The notes: a model not told the origin generated them from the letters alone. DNA of 64,000 nt from Felis catus (GCF_018350175.1 NC_058368.1:154320001-154384000), one strand, 5' to 3'; positions 37,018-50,871 are shown, counted from the stretch's first letter. Program-made: numbers and translations.

Positions 37018-37408
37018 GATTCTTGCTACTCAATTTGTGGTCCTTACACCAAGCTGTTTGGAGCTTGTGAGTAATGCATAATTTGGGACCTCACCCTAAA
37101 CTTACTGAAAAAGAATGTACATTATAACAAGGAACCCAGTTTTTTTCAGCTATTGAATGAATAAAGCCTGTGAGTCTAAGTATAACATGGTGACTATAGC
37201 TGATTACATCACACTGTATAATTGAAATTTGTTAAGAAAATAGAACTTAGTTCTCACAAAAAAGAAAGAAGGAAGGAAGGAAGGAAGGAAGGAAGGAAGG
37301 AAGGAAGGAAGGAAGGTGCAAACCATTCATCAATGATACCTTAATAAATCTGGGAAGAAAGAACCCTGGGAAAAACATACACACATTGAAGTTTGAGAAG
37401 TACTACTT
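37018..37408. mobile_element. MER5A-like hAT MITE split by a short plus-strand L1 3' fragment (37140-37357)
   Basis: 'gctactcaatttgtggtcc...ctcaccctaaacttactgaa' and '...gaagtttgagaagtactac'; insert flanked by aaggaacccag / aaagaaccctg. Confidence 0.7.
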
Positions 37409-38971
37409 TATTTCACATGCTGAAAGTTCAGAGATGATGAAAAGGGGAAAAAAAACAGTAAAAAAGAACCTATTTCTGATCCTTATTACCTGGTTGAAGT
37501 AATAGCAATTGACACATTAATAACTATAAATTATTAATAAATAAAACAAGAAAGTGAAATAAAATATAATAACAAGGAAGACAATGCAAAGTAGATAGTC
37601 TAGACAGTCTTTTCTTATCTATCACACTAATCCTGATACCAGACACATGGAGGAGTAGAAGCCAGGATCTAGGGATAAGAGCTTCCCAGGCAAAGGGATC
37701 ACATGCAACCATCCAAAAGCGGAAGTTGGCACCTTGATGAGCTGAAAAATAGCCAATGTGGAAGGAGCATGAGTGAGAAGGAGTTGTCAACGTTGGGTTA
37801 TTACAGAAAATCTTTATTACTAAGTTCTCAATGTATGAAGTTATTTTAGTGGCCTGAAGTGGTAGCAGATAGCCCAGAAAATCCTAAATTCTACCTCATG
37901 TTCTTTGTGACTTTAACCTTCACACTATAAGAATTATGAAGAAAGTGTATAAAGCACCTTTTTCAATGGGATATTTCCCCTTTGAATTTAATGTTCTTCA
38001 GTGTGCTGGGAAAGATTGGACAGATTTTTTTTAATAACTGTGCTCAGAAACATAACAACATGAGCTCTATCCTCTTAAATTTGTAAGTGTATGATACAGT
38101 ATCAGCTATAAGCACAGTGTTATAGAGCAGGTCTAGAACTTTTCATCTTGCATGACTAAATCTTTATGCTACTTAAACAACTCCCACCACCACCAACTCC
38201 AACAGGAAACTGCCATTCTCCTTTCTGCTACTTTGATAAATTTGAGTACCTAAAGTACTTCTATCTCATGTAAGTGGAATTATGCACTATTTGTTCTTCT
38301 GTGACTGGATTATTTAATTTAACATAATGTCTTTTAGGTTCATTCACGCTGTAGTATATTATAGGACTTACTTTTTTATATACCTGAAAAATATTCTATT
38401 ATAGATAATATATACCACATATTTCCCTTATTCATTCATTCATTAATCAATTGACATTTAGTTTGTTTCTACCTTCTGGCTGGGTGAGTAAATCTGGAAT
38501 AAACACGGGAATATATTTCTTCAAGATTCTGATTTCAAGTCTTTTGGATTAACATCCAGAAGGGAGATTATGGTAGTTTTATTTTAATTGTTTTTGAAGT
38601 GCCTCCACACTGTTTTCTATAGCCACTGCAACATTTTACATTTCCACCAGCAGTGCATGAAGGATTCCAATTTCTCCACATTCTTAACATTTGTTGTTTT
38701 ATTTTTGTTTTGTTTTGTTTTCATTTATTATAATAGCTACCCTAACAACTGTGAAGTAATATCTCATTATGGTTTTAATTTGCATTTCTCTGATGGTTAG
38801 TGGTTAAGGGGTTGCTTTTTTGTCCTGTCCAGGAAATCATTACCACAAGCAATGTCAATGTCATTGCTTTCTTCTGTTTTTTTTCTCTGAGCTTTATAAT
38901 TTTGAGTCTTGTATTTGAGTGTTAAATCTCTTTGGAGTTGATTTTTGTGTGTAGGGTAAGATGACAGTACA

Positions 38972-39029
<58 letters not shown>

Positions 39030-39074
39030 TTTCCTTTTTTTTTCAAGCAGATAGCCATTTTTCCACGACCATTT

Positions 39075-39185
39075 TTGTTCTGTTTTGTTCATTTTTTTTG
39101 TTTTTTTGTTTTGTTTTTGTTTTGTTTTTTTTTTGAGAAAGCTGGCACAAGTGAGCAAGGGGCAGAGAGACAGAATCCCAGGAGG

Positions 39186-39239
<54 letters not shown>

Positions 39240-39471
39240 GAAGATGGGAGAGGGAGACAGAGAGAGACAGAGAGATGTGGGGATCACCCAAAATGGGGCC
39301 CATGTTTTTTTGTTTGTTTTGTTTTTTCACCCGAAGCTGTTCTCATGTTCAGCTGTAGCTTGAGCTCACCCAAAGTTGGGTTCCAGCTCACCCGAAGTGG
39401 GACTCACGAACCCATGAGATCATGACCTGAGCTGAAGACAGATGCTTAATGACTGAGTCACCCAGGTGCCC
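39075..39471 (-). mobile_element. long CAN-SINE variant with internal repeats (SINEC_Fc3-like)
   Basis: Normal tRNA head, then repeated 'ctcacccgaag(t/c)..gg' units, an internal T-run and (GA)n; about 400 bp. Confidence 0.8.
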
Positions 39472-40462
39472 TTCCTAGCAGCATTTGTTGAAGAGACTAT
39501 TCCTTTTGTGTATCATTGACACTCTTGTCAAAGATTAACTGAGTATATATGCATGAGTTTCTTTCTGGGCTCTCTATTCTGTTTCATCAGTCTGGAAGTC
39601 TTCAGTCAGTGTCATACTGTTTTGGTTACTACAGCTTTGTAGTAGACTTTAAAATTAACAAGTAGAAGCCTCCAGCTTTTTTATTCTTTTTCAAGATTAT
39701 TTTGGCTGTTCCAGGTCCTTTTGGTTCCATATAAATTTAAGATTTTTTTTCTATTTCTCTAAAAATGCATTGGAATTTTGATAGATAATGCATTAAATAC
39801 GTATATAACTGGGTAGGATGAATGTTTTAACAACCATGCTTCCTCCAATCCATGAATATGGGATATCTTTCCATTCATTTGTGTCCTCTGTCTTTCAGTA
39901 TTATGTAGTGTTTATTGTACAAGTGTTTCACCTTCTTGCTTAGGTTACTCATTGTTTTATTTATTATCATGCTATTGCAAATGGGATTGTTTCCTTAATT
40001 TCTCTCTCACATATATATTGTTAGTGTATAGAAACACAACTGATTTTTGTATGTGGATTTAATATCTTTCAACTTCACTCAATGTATTTATTAATTCTCA
40101 CAGTTTATGAGTGTATGAGGGGAGCTTTAGTGTTTTCTCTATATAAAATCATGTCTTAGCAAATAGACATAAATTTGATTTTTCCTTTCTGATTTGGATG
40201 ATGCTTTTATTTTTTTTTTTTTATTGTCTAATTTCTCTGGATAGAACTTCCAGTACTGTGTTCAATACAAGTTGCAGGATTGGGCATCCTTGCCTTGTTT
40301 CTTATCTGTAAGAAAATCCTACAGTTCTTAACTGTTGATTATGTTTGCACATGTACTTCCCTTCTGTTCCCAGTTTTTTTGAGAATTTTTTGCATGAAGC
40401 ACTGTTGTTGCTGTCACTTGTTCAGGTCTTTTCCTTTGTCTGTTGTGATGATGATGTAATTT

Positions 40463-40678
40463 ATTTTTTTAATTAAAAATACATTTATTTATTTGGGAGA
40501 GAAAGAGAGAGCAAGAGAGCAAGGGGCAGAGAGAGGCACAGAGGGTGAGAATCCCAAGCAGGCTCCACACTATCAGTGCAGAGCCCAATGCAGGGCTGAA
40601 ACTCATGAACCATGAGATCATTACCTGAGCTGAAACTAAGAGTTGGACACTTAACCAACTAAGCCACTAACACACCCC
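40463..40678 (-). mobile_element. CAN-SINE
   Basis: TSD atgatgat(g/a)taattt. Confidence 0.92.
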
Positions 40679-41384
40679 ATGATGATATAATTTGTATCTT
40701 TTATTAGTGTGATGTGTCACATGGGTTAATTTTCATATGTTGAACTATTTATAACATACACATATATATGGTCCAATCCTCGTTTTCTTTACCCAAGAAT
40801 AAGCCAGTGTCTAGAAGTTTCTGCTTGATTGTGTGGTACTATGCTGGGGGAAGAATTAGGATGAGATGATGCCCCCTGGTTTCAGTGGAGCCTGCTTCAT
40901 GTTAACTTGGATTCAGGACTCTCGTAACTAGTTCCTAGATTTGTTAAACAAACATACAAAAAAAATGTTTTATGTATTGTTGTTGAGTCAGTGTTTCCAT
41001 GGGAGAAAGGAGGATCTGAGGCTTCCTAACCTACCATCTTGGTGCCATCATACTGGAATGGAGAGTTTGCACTAACATTTAAAAATATTTGTATTTTAAT
41101 CTTGCATTATACCTAAGTATTTGATCAATTTTCTCTCACTTCCAGAAAAGGATAAATGGCTTTAAAATGTATACATTTTGTGCATATTTAGTATTTCAGA
41201 ATATATCTAACAATTTTTGATATTTTGAAAAAAACCCTAACAGAGTTGTATTTTCTATGATGTAGTGAAGCACGTCAACAATATTTCTAGAGTAAATGTA
41301 ATACTGAGTGTTGTAGGGAGTTTCTTTAGATGTTTATCAATAGAGATCAGAACCATAGCTTCAAAATACAATTTTACCCTATAT

Positions 41385-42340
41385 TTTTGAAGCTATTTGC
41401 TCACATCCCCTAAGGAATTTAAAAATAACATATTAAGTTAGAAAATTTTAAGTTGACATATAAAAGATGCTGCATCCATTCTTTAAATGTACTCTTTTGA
41501 ATATAAATATTATAGCAATTTGATTCTCACATCATCTATTTAAAAACGTGAAGAAAACACTTCATTAATAGTCAGAAATATATTGTTCTTAGTTCTCCTA
41601 TAACTTGTATTTTCATTTCACTCTTACCACAAAATTTCATTCTATAATATATGTATATTTTGTACTTGAAGCTTTATTATCACTTTAACATACTTATCAG
41701 AAAAATATAAACACCCATATTATTCTTCCTATTATTAATAGAACTACATCTATTAATTCTATTAATAATTCTTTTCTCTTTGAGGGCTGAAGAGTTAATT
41801 TTCTTTTTCCTGATTTAGTTATGACAATTATTGCTATCATGTAGTTAATTAGAACATTTATATTAACAGTATTTTGATTACTATAAATAGAAAAATTTTA
41901 ATGTAAATGTATGTATTAGGAAATGGAAAAGGCTATTTTATTATTTCATACATTTGTCCATGCTTGTTTTATGATAATGAGCATGATTCACCAATAATTT
42001 TATTATTTTTTCTAAATATAGATGGAGTACATTTCCTTACAAAATGTTTGTCTCATTGGTAAGTTTTTTTTTATAGCACTGTGACTGAATTTTTTAAATT
42101 TCTACAAAATTATATAGTTTCTTGTAGTGATTCTGTACCAAGAATTAGATGATCTGTATGTGACGAACTCTACCAGGTCCTCCTTCACTTTAGTTGAAAG
42201 TAAATAATTAGAAACCAACAGGGCAGAAAAATATGTAATACTGAATTACTGAAATAATTTAATTTTTTCACCTAACATTTTCCCCTTGAAGGTGTCCCAA
42301 GATTTCCTCCATCATGGGCAGTTCTCTGCAGTAAAGATGA
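41385..42340. mobile_element. Charlie2-like hAT transposon relic
   Basis: 'aattttaagttgacatataaaa' and 'atagcaatttgattctcacatcatctatttaaaaa...taatagtcagaaat' resemble the Charlie2 consensus as I recall it. Confidence 0.55.
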
Positions 42341-42954
42341 AGCAGAAAATTGGTCTCTTTTGTAAATAGATACAAAATTTATTTAATAAGGGGGAGTGGC
42401 ATAGAAGAACCTTTATGATTGGCAATTCCTAGATCAAGATATCTGTCTAAATGGAAAATTAGTCCACTTCCATATAGCAATTACCCAAGAGAAAAGTTAT
42501 AGGTCTTAAAATCTCCCCATAAACTACCCCTTGATATGTACTAATGGGGAGTTGACCTATAGAACCTTTCTGTGCTGTTTTTAGTGTGGAAAATCTGTAT
42601 CTGGGGACTCTATCTTGGTTATTACAAAATGGCTCCTGTAAAGTACACCTAAAATTGTTTCCATTCAAACTTGTAATTTGGTGTGGAGCTCTGCATAAAG
42701 AACTGATTATGAAATATTTGCTAAGTAACTGAATTTTTAATTCTTTAATAACCTTTTAAACTTCATGCCTGAGGTTGCCTAACAAAAATGTCAATCTGAA
42801 TTTGAGGGTAATTGATCTTGAATCATTCTTTTCAGTGGTAGAGAGTAGAATAATTGAATTTTCAAGGCTACTCCTATTTTGTAACAATAAAATCATTACC
42901 ACATATAGAATGTCTTTTTTGTTCTGTATAGGCATGGATCTAGCTTACATAAAA

Positions 42955-43290
42955 TTTATTTTTCTGAAATATATATTGAGGATCTACTATTCTAAGAGTA
43001 CAAGTCTTGGCATTGGGATATAGCTGTGATTAAAATCATTGTCTAAAATTGACTATATTTTAATGACGGAGACAAAAAATACAATTCAAAAGATGGCCAT
43101 AATATAATGATGGGTAGTGATAAGTACAGTGAAGAAGGAAAAAGAACAGAATAAAGGGACAGAGGAGTGAACAAGGAGGGTCTATTTTACATGGGGTGTT
43201 GAGAGATGGCTTCTCTGTGGAGACGATATTTTAGTCAATAGTGCTGAAGTTGAGAAACAACATGCTATAGTAAATTTAAAGAAGCAGCTT
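42955..43290 (-). mobile_element. L2 relic
   Basis: 'aaatatatattgaggatctactattc...gagatggcttctctgtggagacgatattt'. Confidence 0.6.
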
Positions 43291-44413
43291 GTTTTTGGCT
43301 TTGAACTCCACACACCACTCATACCTATTAACATTTGCACTTTGGGAAATGCTGCTTTCGGCTAATCATACATCCCTTTGAAATACTGTTTCCCTAAGAG
43401 GAGATACAATGTAATTATTTAGATTATCTGTAAATAAATTACCATCATATTGCAGACCTATATGTGAGATCACATTTAGATGTCCTTAACTGGAATTCTG
43501 GCTGTTCTCTAACTCATTTATGACCTCAGTTTGCTAGTAGCCAAAGTGTGGGGGGTCAGACAAGGAAATTAACTCACCTTCATGCCAGTGTACCTGTTAC
43601 TTACGTTAACTGAGCACAAAAACATCTTACATAAATGTTTTTGGCCTCTTTAATTTTCAAGTTATGAAGTAACAGCTTCACTTAATGAATGACCTGCCTG
43701 TGTGCATAAGATAGGAAGTCATTAAAATAACAGTTAAAAAAGGAGGATTGAGGATACAAATCTATTTTATTTGAGTTTTCTAGAGAACTTTCTCCACTGA
43801 CCCTTCTTCTTGAGGTGGTATTAAGGTGCAGGTGCTGCAAAAAACATCCATAACCAGGGGCCAATGCTGATTTCATACAGGTTAATCCATCACAGAATCC
43901 TGTCTGTAGTGTCAAAAGACAAGAAAATAGCAATTAAAGAGTAAAAACAGTTTATTTCGTCTTAAATATATGTCCCTGCAAATTGATACAGGATGCATCA
44001 TTGGCCAATAGTCAAATAGTCATGCATACAATTTATATTCCCACAGACAAGCATGACTTCACAAGCACAGATTCACAATCTATCAAAAAGAAGAGAGGAC
44101 AATCGAAAGCAAGCCCCTTATAAGTCAATAACTTTATAAGTTAACTGTGCTTTTTTATTTAAGAATAAGGGTGCTGACAACTTAAAACTCCTTTTCTGTA
44201 CCTCTGCCTGCTGTTTATTGAGAACATAGCTTCACTTTATATACCTCACAGACTGCTTGCATTTTCCTGAATCACAGTTCTTTTGTCATTCAGTGAATAT
44301 GTTTTGTAGAGAGGGTTTATCAATCTCCTGTTGATGTAATAGGTATTGAGGGCATACTGTTGCACAAAAGAGACTGAGACCCTGACTTTCAAGCAGTACC
44401 AAAAACGGAGGGA

Positions 44414-44594
44414 GGGGCACCTGTGTGGCTCAGTTGGTTGAGCATCTGACACTTGACTTCAGCTCAGGTCATGATCTCACGGTTGATGGGTTCAAGCCCT
44501 GTATTGGGCTCTACACAGATGGTGTGAAGTCTGGTTGGGATTATTTCTCTTACACTGCCTGTCCCCCTCTCTCAAAATAAATAAACTTAAAAAA
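44414..44594 (+). mobile_element. CAN-SINE
   Basis: ggggcacctgtgtggctcagttgg head, aataaa tail. Confidence 0.92.
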
Positions 44595-44607
44595 TATTGG
44601 CAAACTC

Positions 44608-44813
44608 GCGGAGCCTGGGTGGTGCAGTTGGTTGTGCATCCAGCTCTTGATTTTGGCTCAGGTCTCGATCCAAGGGTCATGGGATCAAGACCCGTGTGGG
44701 GCTCTGTGCTGGGTGTGAAGCATACTTGGGATTATCTCTCTCCCTCTTCCTGCCTTGTGAGATCTCTTTCTCTCTCTCTAAATATAAATAAATAAAACTA
44801 AATAAATAATAAA
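44608..44813 (+). mobile_element. CAN-SINE (older subfamily), head-to-tail with the previous one
   Basis: gcggagcctgggtggtgcagttgg head, (CT)n, A-rich tail. Confidence 0.9.
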
Positions 44814-44819
44814 TGAGGC

Positions 44820-45590
44820 TAACTCTAAATAGTAAGCAGCTGGGGTGGGGGATTCTACTTTAGTAGGGGGTATTCAAGAAAGTCTTCATGGAAAACAAAC
44901 AAAACAAGAAACAAAAAATCTTAGGAGGACCAGGAGGTAGTTGGGTGAAGACGCAGGGAAGAGCTTCTCAAGCAAAAGAAATGCAAAGGTTATTAGATGG
45001 GAAAGACCATATATGTTAATAAGACAGAAAGTCTGTGTGGATGGTGGATGGCAGAATGAAAAAAAGGGAATAAAAAGGTGAAATCTAAGAGACAGGATTG
45101 AGTCTGGATCTAATATAGTCTTAGAGCCCATGGTAATTATTTAAAGTTTATACTGGTGAGAGTGGGAAACTGATTGGTTTTAGGCAGGTGAATGGTATGA
45201 TCTAATTTATGATTTTAAAATTACTAGAGCTAGCTTCTAGAATGGGTTATTGTAAACCAAGTATGCATCAGAGAGAAAGCAGAGAGAAGGCTGCTGCAAT
45301 AGTCCTGGCAAAACATAATAGTTGGACTAGAATTATAAAGGAGATGGTTAAGTATTGACGGGACCCAAGACGAATACTATTGGTACTATAGACGGTACCC
45401 ATTGTTGTACAAACCAACAGTTGTGGAGGAACTAAAAGAAAGATAACTACCAACATTTTGTCTTGAGCAATTAACTAGATGGATAGTAGCAACTAATTGG
45501 TTGGATGGTGGTGCCATTTTCTGAGAAAAGAAGGTTTGGGCACTGCAGAGAGGCTAGAATAAACTTCCCCTTTTTGGGTATATTAAGTCA
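44820..45590 (-). mobile_element. L2 relic
   Basis: 'ttttaggcaggtgaatggtatgatctaatttatgattttaaaa', 'ggctgctgcaatagtcctggc', 'ggatggtggtgccattttctgaga'. Confidence 0.7.
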
Positions 45591-46139
45591 AGAGGAGTGT
45601 TTGTATCAGATCTGTGACAACACGACCTGATGTGGTAAAAATGGAAAAAAATGGACAATATTTCCTGCCATGAGCATCCTATTATGGGAACACACTGAGA
45701 ATTTTTTTTAACAGCAACTGTGTTTGCTCTGTCCTGTCTTTGCTCCCACTAAAAGTCTCTTTATAAAGAGGGAATACCTTGCTGTATATAATTTTGGATG
45801 TTTTAGAGGATTCTTATCTCTATTTTTTAGCAATAACAATAGTTATCGTTTACATTAGGTTTTACTCTTGCAAAATGACTTTTAAACGAGCTAATACTTT
45901 TTTTTCAATATTCATGCTTAAAGTTTATTATTTTCATTAATAGCTAACGGGAAGATAGATGTATAAAGAACTGAATGTTTAATAAAAGTGGTGCAAGCAC
46001 CATCTTTGCCTTGTTAATGATCCTAGTAGGAAAACATTCAATCTTTTACTATTAAGTATATTAGATGTCAGTTTCAAGGTTCATCAGTCTCAGGATTTTA
46101 CTCACTATTCTTAATTTTTTCAGAATAGAGTGCCTGACA

Positions 46140-46175
46140 TACACACACACACACACACACAAACACACACATATA

Positions 46176-46227
<52 letters not shown>
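46140..46227. repeat. (CA)n(TA)n microsatellite
   Basis: Direct reading. Confidence 0.9.
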
Positions 46228-46230
<3 letters not shown>

Positions 46231-46754
46231 TGTTAAGATCATATGATTTTATTTTTTTAAATTTTTTGCTTTTTAGTGTTTATTATATTGGTTGATTTTG
46301 AGACTTAAATCAATTTTGCATGAGATAAACCTCTTTATTATATTCTTTGCTCAGAACTCTGCTTTGTGTAATGTTTATGTTGGCACCAGAATTTTTGGGT
46401 TATTGCTAGAATGGCATATCATTTTATTCCTTTTTCCTTTTATCTATTTAGTCTTTATAGTTACAATGGGTTTCTTTATGCAACATGTCTTTTTTAATCA
46501 AATATGAAAATCTCTGCCTTTTAATTAGGGTCTTTAGGTTATTTACATTTAATGTGATAATTGATACAGGTGGGATTAAAACTACTAACTTGATATTTTT
46601 TTTAATTGTCCAATCTGTTCTTTGTTACATTTTTTAAATTTTTTATTTTTTAATTTTTTTAATTTAAAAATTAAAATTAATTTTTAATTTTGTTTTTGTG
46701 AAGTTCATTGAACTTCTTGTGTCTGTAGGTTTATACTATTGTTATTTGGAAAAG

Positions 46755-46944
46755 TTTTTATTTTTTTAAGTGTTTATTTATTTTTTTTGAGAGAGCAGAG
46801 AGAGAGGGAGACACACAATCCAAGGCAGCCTCTAGGCTCTGACTTGTCAGCACAGAGTCCAACACAGGGCTTGAACCCAGAAACCATGAGATCATGACCT
46901 GAGCTAAAGTTGGACGCTCAACCGACTGAGCCACCCAGGCACAC
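46755..46944 (-). mobile_element. CAN-SINE
   Basis: Reverse head ...gacgctcaaccgactgagccacccaggcac. Confidence 0.92.
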
Positions 46945-49143
46945 CATCTTCAATTTTTAAACTTCTCTACTCCTTTTCTCTGAACACTCCAATTATATGC
47001 ATAGTCAACAGAATTGAATTGTCCCACAGCTCAGTGATGCTCTGATTTTATTTTTTAAATCAGTCTTGTTTTCTCTTCGTGTTTAATTTTGGATTGTTTG
47101 TATTGCTATTTTTTCAAGTTCTCTAATCTTTTTTTCAGTAGTATCCAATTTGTTAGTAATCTTATTCAGTGTATGTTTCAACTCAGAAAGTGTAATACGC
47201 ATTTTTAACTCTTTAATTTTTCATGTCTTTTGTAACTCTTTAATTTTTCATGTCTCCACTTAACATACTTTATTTTTTAGACCTTTGTAAACATATGAAA
47301 TATAGTTATAATAACTTTTCATTGTTTTTCTACTAATTCCATTATCTATATTATTTACGGGTCTGCTTCTATTAATTTTTCCCCTCATTATGGATAAATA
47401 TTTTCCTGCTTCTTTTCATGCCTGGCAATTTTTGATTAGATGCCAGATATTGTAAATTGTATTTTCTGGATGCTGGATACTTTTTTACCTTGATAAGAAT
47501 CACTGAATTTTTCTTAGTTAAATTTCTTGGAAATCGTTTGATACTTTTAAAATTTGCTTTTAAAGCTTTGTCAATATCAAAGTAAACTTTAGGGCTAATG
47601 TCCCATTCCTGATGCAATCACCTTCTGTGTACCCCACCTGATTCCTGTCAATTGTGTATTTCCTTTCCATCAGAGATCATTGTCCTGGTTGCTGGTCAAT
47701 ACTTTTTTTTTTTTTTTTTTTACCATGGCTGGTACAAAAATATCCTGGTCTTAGTCCTCTCTTTGTTCTAGAGATCATTCCCTCTGTTGTGATGTTCTTT
47801 TCCTGTTCTCCAGTAATTTGTCCACACATAGATGCCTAGGTAAAGGCTCAAATGGCTCTCTGTAGAATTCTGGATGTTTTTCTACCTCTCTCTAACTCCT
47901 TCCCTCCCTCTCTGTAGTTGTGTCCTCTCTAGTACTTTGCTCTGTGAACTCTCTGGTCTCCCTGGACTCCACATTCACTCTGTGTCCTCAACTCACAGAT
48001 GGCTGTACACAACATAGGTTACCCCTCCCTGTGCTATGGCCTAGCAATTGTCCCCCCAGACAGTAAGCTGAATAATCACAGGACTCACTTGTTTTCCCTT
48101 TTTCAGAGAAATTACCTTGGTTGCCTGACATTCAGTTACCTAAATATGTTTTGCTCAGTATTTAAATTATTTTAGAGAAGGGGAAAAATATTTATTAAAT
48201 ATTATTCATTCAAAAATATGTTATTCATTCATATTAGTGAATTATTTTATATTTTCATGTTTTTTTCTATTTTCATGATTTTTAAATTTATTTTTATGAA
48301 TTATTTTAAATACCCAGAAAGGTAGCAATATAAATCAACTTTATAAAACTCCTTCTAAACACTTTTTAATTTTCAGTGGAGGTTGGAGAGATGGAAAACC
48401 TTTATTGCTCTTTGAAGAACTTTATTGCAGTTAATTATTTCCACAGTAATGACTAAAAGAATAAATTATATACACAAGTACCTCTAGGCTACCTAGTCTA
48501 TGAACGTTGTATTAGAGCATAACATTTCAAGTAAGGAATTTCAGGGTAGGCTGCTCTTATGCATTGCTGAGTAAATGCCTAAACGGTTAAATGCTATTTT
48601 GGTAGGCCTGTTGATAGGACTGTGCATTTTGGTTGTTGTCATTATTTCTTATACGGTTTAGCAAAATGATCTACAGCCACCTCCAGAGAAACTAAAAGTA
48701 AACATGTTACTGAGTACATTTCTGCTGCCATTTTGAAGATTTTTATTAAAACATTATGCTTGTAAGTACACAGAGAAATTCTCTATAGACTTCCCTCAGT
48801 ATCTTCAATAAAAATCTAGTACCATTCACAAAAAAAGAATATAATTTTTACCACAAGGTCAATTCTACTTTTTAGTTGTGAGTGAAATATTATTTGAAAA
48901 TTGTGACAATCACTATTTGTTCCAACAAAATGCCAAACATACCTAATTATGTCCAACTTTCCATAAATGCAAGGGATGGGAAGTTAAAAGTATCTGCTGA
49001 TGCCATGTTAATGTCAATGTGTGAAAAAGTTTTAGGAGCATGAGATAGTGATTAGCAAATAGTGTCATCTGACAAATTTTGTAGTAGCCATTAACGCTTG
49101 TATTCTACAAACGTCATAGGACATTTCAATTACACAAACGTCT

Positions 49144-49191
49144 ATCAACTTGAACATTACTGGTATAATCAACTTGAACATTACTGGTATA
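49144..49191. repeat. perfect 24-bp tandem duplication
   Basis: atcaacttgaacattactggtata x2. Confidence 0.95.
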
Positions 49192-50207
49192 GCTCAAGGC
49201 AAACATTCTAGTTTTTCTTAAATCTTAGCTGTGCACCATGATTAAAAAAATAATACTACCATTGTCAAAATGTTTCTAAAAATTAAGGATCATGTGTGGT
49301 ATTCAAAAAATAAATACAAATTTTGGTATTGCTTTGCTTTGATGGCACATGAATTAAAACTACATTATAATGAGATTGCCACTGAACATTCCCATTAATA
49401 TCAAATGAATTCATTATGACCAGCACAGCTACAATGAATACTAAATGAATTAATAATAATGAACCATTTAAAGTGTTGCCTAATTGTTTTATGTCATTTT
49501 TATGTATATTTTGGTCCTATTTTAACTGTTAGGTTAATAGAGAATGACGTTAAATAATTTATTTTCTTGCCTAATATTGGATAATGTGTTCATACTATTT
49601 TATGATGATCTCTGCATTTAACTCTTTTTGTCTTATCTCAACCATTCCACCTATTATTACCTCCATATTTGTACTACTACAGCAACTAAATTAGTAAAAA
49701 TAGGCTTTAATTTGATAGGAAACACATCAAGATAAAAAGCCACATTGTACCCAAGACATCCCCATAAAAGGCCTAGGTATCATGTGATACAAGTGCATGA
49801 AAATTTGGTCTGTTAAGTTCTCTCTTTCAATGCTATAAAAAAGCAAACAAACAACAAAAGCCTTTAATCTCTTTTGTTATTGCTTGTTTTCCTGTCTTCC
49901 TATATGCAGAGACCATGATGCAGGAGTAATTGAGAGGATAACTTATAGAAAGTACTTCAGTTTAAAAAAAAGGAAAAGTGTAATCTATTTAATGATTATT
50001 TATTATCACAAAGACTTAAATTTTATTTAACCATTTGCTTTTAAATTATTTAGAAGCCTGTTAAATTCACGCAATATTAACTGTTTTGCTACTGAAAGGC
50101 ACTGTGTTAGCACGTAACCTATTTTCCACGATTGCAATTTAGAAGCTCTTCCCTCATGTCTATTGGGTATCCAATCTCCCCTCCTCCCAGGCAATATTCA
50201 GATCTTT

Positions 50208-50422
50208 TTTTTTTTAATGTTTATTTATTTTTGAGAGAGAGAGAGACACACACAGAGCACGAGCAGGGGAGGAGCAGAGAGAGAGGGAGACACAGAATCC
50301 AAAGCAGACTCCAGCTCTGAGGTGTCAGCACAGAGTCTGATGTGCAGCTCAAACCCACCAACTGTGAGATTTTTACCTGAGCCAAAGTCAGCTGCTTAAC
50401 TGACTGAGCCACCTAAGTGCCC
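50208..50422 (-). mobile_element. CAN-SINE
   Basis: TSD caatatt(c/t)agatcttt (50192-50207, 50423-50438). Confidence 0.94.
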
Positions 50423-50840
50423 CAATATTTAGATCTTTAACATTTTCCCAGAGAAATACTTTCCATGTCAGTAGCTTCCTCTAAAAGGACAATGACCATA
50501 GGTTATATTCACTTTTAAGAAATATTTTAATCAATCTTCGCATAATTACTTTTTAAGTAGTCAAAAATAACAACTAAAAAATTAACTTAATCTAGATTGC
50601 TAGCTTCTTTTGATAAATAGGAATCTCTGTTCTTTTGAAAAAGAGGAATCTTTGTTAATCTGTCCTTTATAATTCTGTATGTTAGTGATGGAATAGAATG
50701 GAAGCCACACTCTTTAAATAGTGTTAGTTTTCTAGTTCACCAATTGCCCTTCCAACCATACTCCCTAAATCATTACTGGGACCTACATGGTCCTCATAGA
50801 TATTTAGGGTCAAAATGACAGAATATGAGATTGACAATAG

Positions 50841-50871
<31 letters not shown>

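Larger units (their letters stand above)
38027..40750 (-). mobile_element. LINE-1 (L1MA-like), 5'-truncated and deleted, with two SINE insertions
   Basis: 3' end 'acatgagctctatcctcttaaatttgtaagtgtatgatacagt'; ORF2-like blocks through 40750. Confidence 0.85.
45985..48180 (-). mobile_element. fragmented ancient LINE-1 (L1M/L1MC/ME) including ORF2-, ORF1- and 5'-derived pieces
   Basis: 'gaaaatctctgccttttaattagggtctttaggttatttacatttaatgtgataattgat' (EN start, reverse); 'tgcctggcaatttttgattagatgccagatattgtaaat'. Confidence 0.7.

Noticed and set aside
38922..39425. Low-complexity ORFs (poly-RE, poly-SL, KKER, FFLS), also at 6598-6900 and 52131-52425
   Set aside because: Translations of microsatellites and poly(A)/(T) tracts
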